Notes: a model not told the origin generated them from the sequence alone. A stretch of DNA of 64,000 bases from a virus (IMGVR_UViG_3300028364_000018:1-64000); one strand, 5' to 3'; shown: positions 1 through 9,909, counted from the first letter of the stretch. Program-made: numbers and translations.

Positions 1-123
1 ACAATTTGAGATTGAGGCGCAGAGGCAGAACCACCAGGTGCTCAGCGTCGGTTGTAAGGTGTTTATGGAAGGACTTGGATTTAATATATTCTGCTTTATG
101 CGGACAGATGTGGAGGATTAATT

Positions 124-450
124 ATGAGATGTAAACACTGCGGGAACATAGAGAATAAGCCAGCGTCATGGGACTGCTTAAGCCAGGCGCTGAAGGCTTT
201 GGATTCGGAGACTGTGGTTTCGGCTATAGTCACACAACTTAAGTATAGCCAACCGAGCGGGGAGGTGTATGAGTTTTTGAGTAGGACGCTACAGCTAGCT
301 ACTACAATACCATTAAAAAGGACGCCTCTTGCGGACTTGGACGCGCAGGCGCACGAGCTTTGGGTTCTCGCGCAATGCAGCCCGCTTGAAGGCATAGAGG
401 ATGCCGTAGACAGAATTATTGAATTTTTATCAACAAAGGTAACATTATGA
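124..450 (+). CDS. hypothetical protein (CxxC near N-terminus)
   Basis: 108-aa ORF; ATGA overlap with the next gene. Confidence 0.6.
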   Translation: MRCKHCGNIENKPASWDCLSQALKALDSETVVSAIVTQLKYSQPSGEVYEFLSRTLQLATTIPLKRTPLADLDAQAHELWVLAQCSPLEGIEDAVDRIIEFLSTKVTL

Positions 451-1211
451 TAAGAGTAGTATATAGAGGGCACCCCGATTTTCTGGAAGATAGTGAGTTT
501 CCGGATTTTCCAGCTGACGTGATAGAACTGAGAAATGTCCTGAAGCGGCATGGTTATATAGCTACGACAAGCGACATTGTTGCCGCTTGGACAGAGCACT
601 CTGTAGATTGGGGCGCGGGCTGGAATTGCCTGCACGGCGAAGAACTTGACCTGCAATTCCTTCTGGAGTACTTGACTGAGCAGGAAACTCCAGTTGTGAT
701 CGCCGGACAACCTAAAGTAAGTATCACTAATGTATTGAGACTGCTGGACCGCCGAGGGGATCTGCACGATGCACATGTCACAGTCGCGGCCACTCTGGAT
801 AATAAACGCCGTGTAACTGACCCTGTAGTAACGTATGTTTCAGAGTTGTGGAACGATATTAGCCTTGCGGAGCTGGCGGAGGCTGCGATGGGTGGTTCTA
901 CTGCTGAGAATAACAAAGAGGCTATACTAGGTTTAGACAAAGAGTCCTCCAAACCGCATCTCCTACCCGGAGATATCATAGAGACCAAGGCGGGTAACAT
1001 TGGTGTGATAGAGGAGTCCAAGGTAACTGTGAATGGCGGGGTAGTAGAGTGGAACAGGAAACTCCCGGAGGTGGTAAGGGATGGGCTACCTCCCGCCTAC
1101 GCAGTTAGGTTCTTTAGATCTTGTGGTGAGCATTATGCCTGGTGGTATGCCTCAGATTTCAAGTGCGTGGTTGAGTTAGGTCCCGCGCATAAGTACAGGG
1201 TCGATAATTGA
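447..1211 (+). CDS. hypothetical protein
   Basis: 254-aa ORF in a tightly coupled + strand run. Confidence 0.65.
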   Translation: MIRVVYRGHPDFLEDSEFPDFPADVIELRNVLKRHGYIATTSDIVAAWTEHSVDWGAGWNCLHGEELDLQFLLEYLTEQETPVVIAGQPKVSITNVLRLLDRRGDLHDAHVTVAATLDNKRRVTDPVVTYVSELWNDISLAELAEAAMGGSTAENNKEAILGLDKESSKPHLLPGDIIETKAGNIGVIEESKVTVNGGVVEWNRKLPEVVRDGLPPAYAVRFFRSCGEHYAWWYASDFKCVVELGPAHKYRVDN

Positions 1212-1294
1212 TGAGAGTTGCACAAATAAAGGATATAAAAGCCTACGACAAGGGCAGACATAGATCTTAACAAAGAATATCAACAAAAGGTAAC

Positions 1295-1459
1295 ATGATG
1301 GAAAAGAATGCAAGAATCGAGAAAGGAAAGACACCAAGCCTCCAAAGTGGAGAGCGGTCTACCCGTGTTAAAAGCGGACAGGCGCTGGCCAAGGGCGAGC
1401 GCCATAAGAAAGATGAAAAGGATTTGAAGATTGAAACTGAAAACAGAGAACCCGTATGA
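1295..1459 (+). CDS. small hypothetical protein (54 aa, not in ORF track)
   Basis: MMEKNARIEK...ENREPV*; AAGG before the ATG; ATGA overlap with the next gene. Confidence 0.4.
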   Translation: MMEKNARIEKGKTPSLQSGERSTRVKSGQALAKGERHKKDEKDLKIETENREPV

Positions 1460-1776
1460 GAATCCTACGACCAGGACACCGCTACGCACTGGACACGTGC
1501 GAACCAACACCTATAGGCGGGCAGACCCAGGTGATACAGTTCATTGAGAAAGAACAGGTGTGTAAGGGTGCCGTGCAGCTTCGTACGGTTTTCAACGGTA
1601 CCACCAACGAGGATGTGCTACGCGTTTTGATAGACCGGATGAATTTCCTTCAAGAGAAATTTCCGTGTAGGGAAAATGCGCTGGTGATCACCAAGCTTGA
1701 AGAGTCACTGATGTGGCTGTATAAGCGTACGTCGGACAGAATAGCACGCAAGGTAGAAGGACAGAACATAGAATAA
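1456..1776 (+). CDS. Tad1/Acb2-like cyclic-nucleotide sponge (anti-defence) protein
   Basis: C-terminal NGTTNEDVLRVLIDRM..FPCRENALVITKLEESLMWL..R..DR..R.V.G matches the Tad1-type hairpin pattern as I recall it. Confidence 0.7.
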   Translation: MRILRPGHRYALDTCEPTPIGGQTQVIQFIEKEQVCKGAVQLRTVFNGTTNEDVLRVLIDRMNFLQEKFPCRENALVITKLEESLMWLYKRTSDRIARKVEGQNIE

Positions 1777-1778
1777 GA

Positions 1779-1814
1779 TTGACAACAACCCCTAACTAGG
1801 GATAGAAAGACCAG
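1779..1814 (+). promoter_or_regulatory. sigma70-like leaderless promoter
   Basis: TTGACA-18-TAGAAA-6nt-ATG(1815). Confidence 0.6.
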
Positions 1815-3614
1815 ATGGATATCACGTCACTTTACAACCCGAACAGCGCCGGTAAGTTCCCCGACCCGTTCGTCACCCCCTCAAACCAGTTCATTCCCAA
1901 GACACTGGACACCGCACTTGATCTGGGGTTGTTGCTGTATAATCTGAATCCGACTTACCGCAGGGCATCAATCCGCGTGTACAGTCATTTCATCAATGAC
2001 ATTGATATTGTCCAGAAAGGTATGTCCAAGGCTCAGAAAGATGACCATTACGATCTTCTCGTAAAAGGTATGAATATAGAGACCCACCTACAGACTATGG
2101 GACAAGACCATGCGGCTTTTGGTAACAGTATGTGGCGACTGCACTACCCATTCAAGCGCTGGTTACTAGACCGCAGGAGCGGGAGCCTGCGGGTGTATGC
2201 CCGTTCGGCGTTCCCCGACGGGCAGGTGAAGTACGACCACAAAAGTATGCAGTATGAAGTGCCCGACCCGGTACATCCAGGTAAGACTGTAAAGTTGGAT
2301 TTCATGGACAGGGCGGATACCGACGCGACGAAGATTGTTCCACGTCCGCTGGACGTCACCCATATGTTTATTCTATACTCTGATGTAAGCGGTAAATCTC
2401 AGTATATATACAAATTTCCCCCTGACTTACTATCGGATATTCACAAGGGGATGGTGCATCAGGTTGACGAGACACCCCGCGATATGTTGCAGGCTATAGC
2501 AAATGATCAGGATTTTCTATTCAAAGAGGGAGAGGTATTCCACTTTAAAGCCCCGACCATCAGTGGTATGAACGCCAAGGGTTGGGGTATACCCGAAACA
2601 CTTTTGAACTACCGCTCACTACACCAGCTTCAGATATATCGCAAGATCGATGAGCAGGTAGGACTGGACTACATGTTACCCTTCCGCCTATTCAGTCCTA
2701 ACTTTGGGCAGAATATCACGGACACCGCGTTGTACAATAATCTTGGTATATGGTCAGACAGAGTTCAGAAACTTATAGACGGTCGGCGCAAAGACCCGAC
2801 TAAGATGGCGGCATTCCCCTTCCCAGTCAACTATCAGGAGTTCGGTGCTGAGGGTAAGAACCTGGTGCCCAAGGATCTTATACAGTACCAAGAGAATTCT
2901 ATGCTGGATTCCATGGGGTACCCAGCAGAGTTGTTTAGAGCCAGCCTACAGGTGCAACAAGTGCCCACAGCTGTCAGGCTGTTTGAGAAAAGCTTTTTAT
3001 TCATCTACACTGGTTTTGACCGGTTCATAGGTTGGGTGTCAGACAGAGTTCGGTTGTTCCAGGGTATGGATCTGGTGCAGACATCCTTGCAACTTCCCTC
3101 TATGGCTGATGATCTGGAAGCCCGTAATGTTTACCTGCAGCTTGCCGCCGGCGGAGAGATCAGCCGTGCCAAAGCCTACAGCGGGTTTGGTATCAAGGAC
3201 CCTGTCGCGGAGATTGAGGAGCGTGCTGAGGAGGATATCGCTATCCAGAAGAGCATCCAAGAGAAACAGGAAGCGGCTGAGCGGGAGCAGATGGGAAGCA
3301 TGAACGACCAGTTGTCTGCGCAGAATCAGGCGGCGGCGGAACAGGCTGGACAGGCGCCAGGTGGTGCTCCTCCGGGCGGTTTGGATATGAACGTGAGCGA
3401 CTCTAACCCAGCGCAGGTAATGCAGAAGGCTGAGGGTATAGCCGTCCAGCTTCTTCAGATAGAGGACGATGGACAACGGGCCAAGGAGATGAACAAGATC
3501 CGGGGTTCTAATGAGACACTTTTTTCGGCTGTAAAGCAAAAAATGGAAGAGCTACGTTCTCAGGCTTCTAGTCAAGGTCGTGCGCAGGTGGGCCAGATGG
3601 TTGGTGGTCAATAG
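1815..3614 (+). CDS. putative portal protein
   Basis: 599 aa; heads a structural module; helical core with acidic/Gln-rich coiled-coil C-terminus; called by resemblance only. Confidence 0.6.
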   Translation: MDITSLYNPNSAGKFPDPFVTPSNQFIPKTLDTALDLGLLLYNLNPTYRRASIRVYSHFINDIDIVQKGMSKAQKDDHYDLLVKGMNIETHLQTMGQDHAAFGNSMWRLHYPFKRWLLDRRSGSLRVYARSAFPDGQVKYDHKSMQYEVPDPVHPGKTVKLDFMDRADTDATKIVPRPLDVTHMFILYSDVSGKSQYIYKFPPDLLSDIHKGMVHQVDETPRDMLQAIANDQDFLFKEGEVFHFKAPTISGMNAKGWGIPETLLNYRSLHQLQIYRKIDEQVGLDYMLPFRLFSPNFGQNITDTALYNNLGIWSDRVQKLIDGRRKDPTKMAAFPFPVNYQEFGAEGKNLVPKDLIQYQENSMLDSMGYPAELFRASLQVQQVPTAVRLFEKSFLFIYTGFDRFIGWVSDRVRLFQGMDLVQTSLQLPSMADDLEARNVYLQLAAGGEISRAKAYSGFGIKDPVAEIEERAEEDIAIQKSIQEKQEAAEREQMGSMNDQLSAQNQAAAEQAGQAPGGAPPGGLDMNVSDSNPAQVMQKAEGIAVQLLQIEDDGQRAKEMNKIRGSNETLFSAVKQKMEELRSQASSQGRAQVGQMVGGQ

Positions 3615-3617
3615 TTC

Positions 3618-3652
3618 TTGACCAACCACTGCCGTTAAGTTAGATTAGGCAG
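3618..3652 (+). promoter_or_regulatory. sigma70-like leaderless promoter
   Basis: TTGACC-17-TAGATT-6nt-ATG(3653). Confidence 0.65.
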
Positions 3653-3913
3653 ATGAACAACAGTGATAAATTAACGGCAGCCAAACTTGCTTCGTCCTCA
3701 GCCTGGATAAGGTCCTGGCAGGATGGCATCAAGCGTCTCCAGAATCAAGGACGTCCCAAGGGATTGCCGGACATGCCTGGTAATGCCAACTACACTGATA
3801 CGGATAAGCCCCTGGGTTATAATCCCGAATTTATTTGGAACAATAATACGGTGACAGGATCGGGATCTGGACCCGAATTTGGCTTTGGCCCCACATCTGG
3901 AAGCGCCGAATGA
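3653..3913 (+). CDS. small putative virion protein (KLAS motif)
   Basis: 86-aa ORF directly after a promoter; AAKLASS. Confidence 0.55.
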   Translation: MNNSDKLTAAKLASSSAWIRSWQDGIKRLQNQGRPKGLPDMPGNANYTDTDKPLGYNPEFIWNNNTVTGSGSGPEFGFGPTSGSAE

Positions 3914-4734
3914 ATAGCCCAAGCCTAGCCCAAGCCCAGGTATTGGCGCAACAGGTCAACCAGAATAGACCTCAGGAGCATAACTGGACTTCCAGTCACC
4001 AGCTAGATAGCATGGGGCGACCTCTTAAATTGAATCTGACAGGAACCACCGCTCTAGCCAGCTTGCCTGAGAACAGCGAATGGCAGAGACAAAACCCAGA
4101 TCTTACGATACTCAGACGTTACAGAGGCCCGGCAACCCAAGGAACAGGCTCTTATCAGCTCGGAGAGTCCATTAGAGACGCGGTCACCAGTCCGAGTAAC
4201 ATGTGGAGGCGCAACATGCAGGGTGGACCTTTACGCGGTACACTAGTGGGCGGAGGCGTAGGAGGTCTCATGGGAGGAGCGCTGGGGGCCATCTTGGGTC
4301 TCATACGCGGGAGCGCCATGACAGGTCTTTCACGCGGAGCCCTCGTAGGAGGAGCTGCGGGAGGTCTACTCGGAGGGGTGGCCGGGAACAATCTAAGCAA
4401 GCAGGCATCTACCGGCTCAGCTAGAGAAGCGGTTGTAGACGCCTTACGGCGAGCGCCGGGACTGAGCTTCGCTGAGAAGTCCAGACTTCAACAGGGGGTA
4501 GGTAGGTTATCTGAGTCGGATGCCCAGACCCTTATACGCCTCCTGCAAACAGCTGGAGGAGGTGCTATTGGAGCATTGATAGCCAGATTCCTGATGGATA
4601 AAGGCTTGGCAGGAACGCTGGTTGGTGCTATAACAGGCGGGGTGATAGGGCGAGCACTGACCCGTCCCGGGCAAACCAACGCCTTCGGGCAGCGAGTCCA
4701 AACTGGACTCAACGCCTACGGACAACACTTTTGA
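3910..4734 (+). CDS. glycine-zipper putative internal virion/ejection protein
   Basis: Two GxxxG-rich hydrophobic segments (GTLVGGGVGGLMGGALGAILG; GAIGALIARF..GAITGGVIG); SKQAS motif. Confidence 0.55.
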   Translation: MNSPSLAQAQVLAQQVNQNRPQEHNWTSSHQLDSMGRPLKLNLTGTTALASLPENSEWQRQNPDLTILRRYRGPATQGTGSYQLGESIRDAVTSPSNMWRRNMQGGPLRGTLVGGGVGGLMGGALGAILGLIRGSAMTGLSRGALVGGAAGGLLGGVAGNNLSKQASTGSAREAVVDALRRAPGLSFAEKSRLQQGVGRLSESDAQTLIRLLQTAGGGAIGALIARFLMDKGLAGTLVGAITGGVIGRALTRPGQTNAFGQRVQTGLNAYGQHF

Positions 4735-4744
4735 AAAGGAAATT

Positions 4745-5365
4745 ATGAAATCACATCAAGCAGCATTTAACATAGGGCGAGGACTCGCGCAGGCCTGTGC
4801 CTCCGAGCGGTCCAACTCTACGGAGTATCAACAGAGCTTAACATCTACGTTGTGTAAGTCGGCTGGTTTTCAGAGCAAGATGTTTAGAGAGGTCCGAGAC
4901 ATGTACGACCTCTGTGATAAATCATACCGATTCGAGCGTCAGCTGTTCGATAAGGCGGCCAGCGACTGCCACAACCCGGACTCACAGGGCTTGAGAGAGT
5001 CGCTGTCCGAGATTGTACTGGAGTCTTTTGGTAGAGAGAAGCGGGCGGGCGTCAAAGGGGTGGCGTCGGCTGTGACCACCGCAGGTAGGGCTGGATTAGG
5101 CCTGGCTCCTGGGGTTCTGAAAGGGTTGTTGCTGGCAGGGTCCGCCACGGGCGCAGGTCTAGGTAGTCTAGCTTGGTATTTAAACAGGGACGCAAATCAG
5201 GACGACCAGGATATAAACCGAATGCAGGAGCAGATTGATACCTATAATAGGATCACTCATGAGATTAGCCAGAACCTGTACCGCAAGGGCGTGGGTGCTG
5301 AGGATATGACCGATGAGGAGCTTCGGGATATTTCAGGAGCGGACAGTGCTGAGGTATACGCATGA
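4745..5365 (+). CDS. putative virion protein with Gly/Ala-rich membrane segment
   Basis: KSAG, KAAS and KRAG motifs; hydrophobic LLLAGSATGAGLGSLAWYL followed by a coiled coil. Confidence 0.55.
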   Translation: MKSHQAAFNIGRGLAQACASERSNSTEYQQSLTSTLCKSAGFQSKMFREVRDMYDLCDKSYRFERQLFDKAASDCHNPDSQGLRESLSEIVLESFGREKRAGVKGVASAVTTAGRAGLGLAPGVLKGLLLAGSATGAGLGSLAWYLNRDANQDDQDINRMQEQIDTYNRITHEISQNLYRKGVGAEDMTDEELRDISGADSAEVYA

Positions 5366-5820
5366 GTACCCGAAGCGTGCAGGCGCAGGTACCTCCGGAG
5401 GAAACTGAGCAGGATAAACTGCTGGATATGGGAGGAGGCATCAGTCGGACTCTGACGCTTATACCATCCTACAAAGACAAAGACTCGGACGAGCTGGTGG
5501 AGAAAGAACGCCCTGTAGAACCGCCTGAAGTCATTTCTACAGATGAATGGGTAGACCGCCCGGTGATAAAGAACCAGGCGGAGCAGCACCCCAACACATG
5601 TCGCGAGACCGGCAGAGTTGCCCGGGTTCTAGACATGTCCATACCGGACCATGTCGACACATGGAACGACTGGTTAGTGGCTGTGAGGGAACAACGGGCT
5701 ATCATTCACGATCACGACCGCAATTTTTATGAAGGTAAATATTTTATTTATGCTGTATGCTCGTTTTTAGAGTATAAGCGTATTGCACCAACCAGGAAAG
5801 ACGATGGACAAACAAGCTGA
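5362..5820 (+). CDS. hypothetical protein
   Basis: 152 aa; coupled to both neighbours. Confidence 0.6.
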   Translation: MSTRSVQAQVPPEETEQDKLLDMGGGISRTLTLIPSYKDKDSDELVEKERPVEPPEVISTDEWVDRPVIKNQAEQHPNTCRETGRVARVLDMSIPDHVDTWNDWLVAVREQRAIIHDHDRNFYEGKYFIYAVCSFLEYKRIAPTRKDDGQTS

Positions 5821-7027
5821 ATTCTCACAAGCAGATTTACAACTCCTACGGAGTTACGCGACAGGTGGTTTAGCCATAGGGTCAGGCACCGCTCTGGCAA
5901 CCGCTATGCTCAACCACTGGAAGCAGCTCTCTAACGAGCGTATGAAAAGCCAACAGCTGGATGATGATGTCCTGACGGTAAAGGTCAAACGTCCAGCAAC
6001 AAAGCAGGCAATGGTCAGCGGAGGTCTGGGTTTAGCGACGGGCGCGCTTACGACCCTGGGTTCATACGCCGCGGTCCGCGCCGCGTATCAGGAGATGAAG
6101 AAACGACGCATGCAGAAACTTCTGGATGAGGCGCAGGTAAATTTCGCGGAGCTATCGTCTGAGGAGGCGCAACAGAAATTAGCGAGTGGTGGCAGGCCTA
6201 TGAGTCTGACAGACGTACTCACCGCATCCCCGGTGGCAGCAACCCTACTACTCGCCTTGGGGTCCGCTGGTCTGGCCAACACCTATTTGAAAAAGAACTT
6301 TCCCTCAACTAAACCAGCGAAACCTATCAAGCCGCGGAGAGTTGTATTAAAATACATGGACGACGAGCAGGAGAAAGAAGCCAGTCTGGATGAGGATAGT
6401 GGTTTCGAGCTTATGGTCAAGACGGTTCTGGCCGGACAGAAAGAGGCCCACGACCTACGGGACCTGGTGGGAGCCTGCGCTTCTGGACGGGCTCAGGAAG
6501 TGGAAGACAATTTAGGTACCGGTACAGAACTCGCGCTGGACCTCATTAAAGGAGCTTCCGCGGGTATGTCTGATACGGATTATGACCTAGGGGTCAGCTT
6601 GGCAGTCAGGCACCCGGTTATAGGCCCTGTAACCAAACTCCTGGCTTCAGCTGAGATGTTGGATATGGCCCCCTCACATTTGAAGATGGCACAAGCTCTG
6701 TCAGAGACGGATCAACTGGTACTAGCCGGATTGTTCTGCGCCGTGGGTGATGCCGACCGTTGGGATGGGCAGGATAAACTGGCGTCAATGCTGGAGACTA
6801 ACCCGGAGGTCCTAAGTCAGTTGGTTAAGGCTCTTAGAGGACAAGACGAGGATCCAGAGGTAGAAGAGGCCAAGGATGATCTGGAAGTCATGGGTCAAGG
6901 CGGAGCAGTGGACAACAGTGTGAGCGAGAAAGAAACACCGGAGCAGGCCGCCCAACGTATGGGTGTAGGATCTGCAGAGGACGACGTTATAGACGAGTTG
7001 TTCTCAACGGAAGCGGAAGAAAAATAA
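5804..7027 (+). CDS. putative virion protein with multiple K-x-A motifs and hydrophobic segments
   Basis: Likely start MDKQAE at 5804; KQAE, KQAM, KLAS, KEAS, KEAH, KGAS, KLAS; three Gly/Ala-rich hydrophobic stretches. Confidence 0.6.
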   Translation: MDKQAEFSQADLQLLRSYATGGLAIGSGTALATAMLNHWKQLSNERMKSQQLDDDVLTVKVKRPATKQAMVSGGLGLATGALTTLGSYAAVRAAYQEMKKRRMQKLLDEAQVNFAELSSEEAQQKLASGGRPMSLTDVLTASPVAATLLLALGSAGLANTYLKKNFPSTKPAKPIKPRRVVLKYMDDEQEKEASLDEDSGFELMVKTVLAGQKEAHDLRDLVGACASGRAQEVEDNLGTGTELALDLIKGASAGMSDTDYDLGVSLAVRHPVIGPVTKLLASAEMLDMAPSHLKMAQALSETDQLVLAGLFCAVGDADRWDGQDKLASMLETNPEVLSQLVKALRGQDEDPEVEEAKDDLEVMGQGGAVDNSVSEKETPEQAAQRMGVGSAEDDVIDELFSTEAEEK

Positions 7028-7040
7028 ACAAAGGATTGTT

Positions 7041-7532
7041 ATGAGTGACTGGAAAGAAGAAGTTATCGGCGTTTTTAAACAGGCAGCCGACCAGAAGAAG
7101 ATGATCAGGGTAACGGCGTATAAAGACAGCAAAGGCCTGCAGCATGACTACGTGCTGACGCCATGCGTGTACTTGGATCTGGTGAAGGATAGTCTGCAGG
7201 TTCTGGACGACCACAGAAAAGAGTGGGTTAAGAACTTCGGAGATGAGGAGGTCGACACACTGGAGATAAGCCTAAGTGGCTCAGTCGACCGTATCACAGA
7301 CAAGGACTACAAACCCAAGACTAAGGCTTACACCGATGATCTGGCACCGCACTTAGCACCGTCCACAAAGGACCCGGAAGTCCTGTACGTATATGACATG
7401 GCTATTTTGACTCATGTGTGCGCGGATCAGGAGGAGAAGGAACTTAAGTTAAAGGACGCACTACCCATCTCGTTGTACGTCCCGATGTTGAAACTCGAAA
7501 AAGGAAAATATGGAACAATCGATACTATCTGA
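7041..7532 (+). CDS. hypothetical protein
   Basis: 163 aa; AAAGGA RBS. Confidence 0.65.
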   Translation: MSDWKEEVIGVFKQAADQKKMIRVTAYKDSKGLQHDYVLTPCVYLDLVKDSLQVLDDHRKEWVKNFGDEEVDTLEISLSGSVDRITDKDYKPKTKAYTDDLAPHLAPSTKDPEVLYVYDMAILTHVCADQEEKELKLKDALPISLYVPMLKLEKGKYGTIDTI

Positions 7533-8154
7533 TTACATTAAGAATTATAACTGCACAGAGTGTGAGTACCAAACGGAAGACCCAAACCCCGCCATGGATG
7601 TGATACAGACACCAAGGTTTGTACATGCGGTCCTCGGGCTGTGTAGCGAAACCGCGGAGTACGCGGAGGCTACAGGTTCCCATCATCGCGATGAGGAGTT
7701 AGGAGACTTGGTGTGGTTCACCACTCTTGCGGCAGAGGCCGTCTCAGAGGCACCAGAGCTTCTATGGTTAGATGCGTTACGTATCAATAAGATGCAGGAT
7801 GCTATCCGACCATTGGAAGATCTTCAGCATGCTACTGGAGCACTGGCGGACCGACTGAAAGCCCTTCTGTTCTACCAGAGCCAGACACTCAAGCCGTTTT
7901 TCCCCCGGGGTGGAGAGTACAAACGGGACAAGGTGGAGCCTCTGGAATGCCTGGCAACCATTATACGCGCGGTAGCCGTAGCGATAGTGGGTTTGTCACT
8001 GCAGTTGGAGGGGGAGGGTCAGTTCGAGAGATGCTTACTGAAAAACTTAGCCAAACTGCAGGCTAGGCACGGGGGCGCAGCTAAGTCCGACACCCGCGAC
8101 TACGATCAGGAAAAACTGGCTATGGAAGCGGTCTGTGTGGAAGCAAGCCTCTAG
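7510..8154 (+). CDS. MazG-like nucleotide pyrophosphohydrolase
   Basis: HAVLGLCSETAE..DEELGDLVWF and NLAKLQARH motifs typical of MazG-like NTP-PPases. Confidence 0.65.
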   Translation: MEQSILSDYIKNYNCTECEYQTEDPNPAMDVIQTPRFVHAVLGLCSETAEYAEATGSHHRDEELGDLVWFTTLAAEAVSEAPELLWLDALRINKMQDAIRPLEDLQHATGALADRLKALLFYQSQTLKPFFPRGGEYKRDKVEPLECLATIIRAVAVAIVGLSLQLEGEGQFERCLLKNLAKLQARHGGAAKSDTRDYDQEKLAMEAVCVEASL

Positions 8155-8446
8155 GAAGTCCAGAGACACCCGCCTACTGCGAGCGTGCTGTGCGCGGTTA
8201 CCAGGGTATGTAGTCCTGGTGGTCTTGCGCAGCTTACGCCATGGGTGGGTTTGGGTGGAGTACACGATAGACGGGAAAACGTTTCTAGCGGTGCACGACC
8301 TACAGATCAGACCATTGATCAGGATCAAAAAAGGGAAACCAGACCCAGGGCCCGAGCGGATGGCGGCCTTCACCAGATGGTGTGAATGGGCCGCAAGATT
8401 ACAACAACAGGGGCACGAACCCCAGATAAGGCGACAACGAATATGA
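8135..8446 (+). CDS. hypothetical protein
   Basis: 103-aa ORF in coupled run. Confidence 0.45.
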   Translation: MWKQASRKSRDTRLLRACCARLPGYVVLVVLRSLRHGWVWVEYTIDGKTFLAVHDLQIRPLIRIKKGKPDPGPERMAAFTRWCEWAARLQQQGHEPQIRRQRI

Positions 8447-8685
8447 CAGACGATAAAGACATTAAAGATAAACGGGATATACAAGAGTTGAAGCGCCTTA
8501 AAACCTATGTGATGAAGGAAGGGGCTGCCAATAATATGAGCGACCCGGAGTTCGCCGGGTTGACAAAGACCTGGGACTTCAGACACTATGACAACTACGG
8601 TATGGGGGTTGTGAACGAATTTCACTTCTTCACGGAGACAGGGCGGGACCAAGCCGAGAGCTTCGTACAAGGGGCGCGAGCATAA
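8443..8685 (+). CDS. hypothetical protein
   Basis: Likely start MTDDKD at 8443. Confidence 0.55.
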   Translation: MTDDKDIKDKRDIQELKRLKTYVMKEGAANNMSDPEFAGLTKTWDFRHYDNYGMGVVNEFHFFTETGRDQAESFVQGARA

Positions 8686-8924
8686 TGTCCACGCTTTATG
8701 AGCAACTGGTGGACCGGATGATATTCTGGCGCAGGATAGAGACAGGGGTACTGTCTTTACTCATAATTCTGATACCGTTGCTGAGTTTAGCAGGGTCGCC
8801 GATTGAGGTCTACGCCCCAACTTACGCGGGGGTACTCGCAGCGCTGGTCTACAGTAACCGACGGCGTATGGACTGTCGGCATGCAGCGAGGGAAGAATAT
8901 GAACATAAATATGGAGAATTTTAA
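8685..8924 (+). CDS. small two-TM membrane protein
   Basis: Two hydrophobic segments; TAATG overlaps at both ends. Confidence 0.55.
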   Translation: MSTLYEQLVDRMIFWRRIETGVLSLLIILIPLLSLAGSPIEVYAPTYAGVLAALVYSNRRRMDCRHAAREEYEHKYGEF

Positions 8925-9640
8925 TGAATGAACACGAGATGAGTAAAAATGATTGGTTAAGGCTTAGAGAGGCGTGCGAATGGATACAGTCTGCGAGCGT
9001 CAGCAGATCCAGCTTTTATGAGAAGTTCGGTATTACCGGACAGGTTGCAGAAGCGCAGGAGCGTATGGAGGAAGACATCGCTATTCATAAGAGAGTCCAA
9101 GAGAAGCAGGAAGTGGCTGAACGGGAGCAGGCGGACAACACCAAACGTTGTGAAGTATCCTATGACGAAATACGGGATAGGCTGGTGCAGAAAACATTGG
9201 ACAGAACTATTCCAGCGTGGTGGTCCCTCAGGACCGTTCTGACGGAACACCGAACCATCAACCTGGACTTCGGCAGGCAGACAGGGGCTACGACTTGGGG
9301 GCTTCGCTACTGTGCAAGCAACCCAGGGACAATCATACTAGCCTCGCACCAATTCCAGCGGGGGCGTCTACGTAATAAGGCTAGAGAGATAGGGCTAGAC
9401 ACGGAGCGTATTGTGATCAACACGTACTCCGAGTTAGTTAATGATGAAATTCCTAAGCAACACACAAGCAAAGGCACCTACAGCGATGACCGTGTTCGAT
9501 TGCAGGATTGCCAAATGAGCTGGCCGAGATCGATACATACGATTCTGTTAGAGAACTCCGAAACAGCATCTGAAGAAGTCAAGGCGTATATGCTGGACTT
9601 AGCTGTAGATCTGAACGCCAAACTACTGGTGCATCTATGA
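8924..9640 (+). CDS. hypothetical protein containing a portal-derived segment and a degenerate P-loop-like motif
   Basis: aa 26-69 are 28/44 identical to the portal C-terminal segment; GRQTGATT. Confidence 0.6.
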   Translation: MNEHEMSKNDWLRLREACEWIQSASVSRSSFYEKFGITGQVAEAQERMEEDIAIHKRVQEKQEVAEREQADNTKRCEVSYDEIRDRLVQKTLDRTIPAWWSLRTVLTEHRTINLDFGRQTGATTWGLRYCASNPGTIILASHQFQRGRLRNKAREIGLDTERIVINTYSELVNDEIPKQHTSKGTYSDDRVRLQDCQMSWPRSIHTILLENSETASEEVKAYMLDLAVDLNAKLLVHL

Positions 9641-9909
9641 ATAGCACCCCAAAAGAAATAGAGGTACTGGCTGTCGCGTTGTTTAACCTGAACACGCAAG
9701 GGACACCCCAAGCGCTTTACAGCGACTGGCGACAAGCAGATACAGGACTCCGGAATACACACCGGGAGATGGCCAAGAAACTTATTGACACTCTCTGGTC
9801 ATCTAGTATACGTTGCTCCGCACGGTCAACCAAGCAGGTGGATCAGGCCTTTCACGAGATTGTGACACAACCAGCCCGACCGGCTTATGACATAGAAGAG
9901 GAAACCTGA
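9637..9909 (+). CDS. hypothetical protein
   Basis: 90 aa; coupled. Confidence 0.55.
   Translation: MNSTPKEIEVLAVALFNLNTQGTPQALYSDWRQADTGLRNTHREMAKKLIDTLWSSSIRCSARSTKQVDQAFHEIVTQPARPAYDIEEET

Noticed and set aside
96-776. 226-aa minus-strand ORF and similar antisense ORFs throughout
   Set aside because: Fully overlap coupled + strand genes, lack RBSs and show no recognisable motifs
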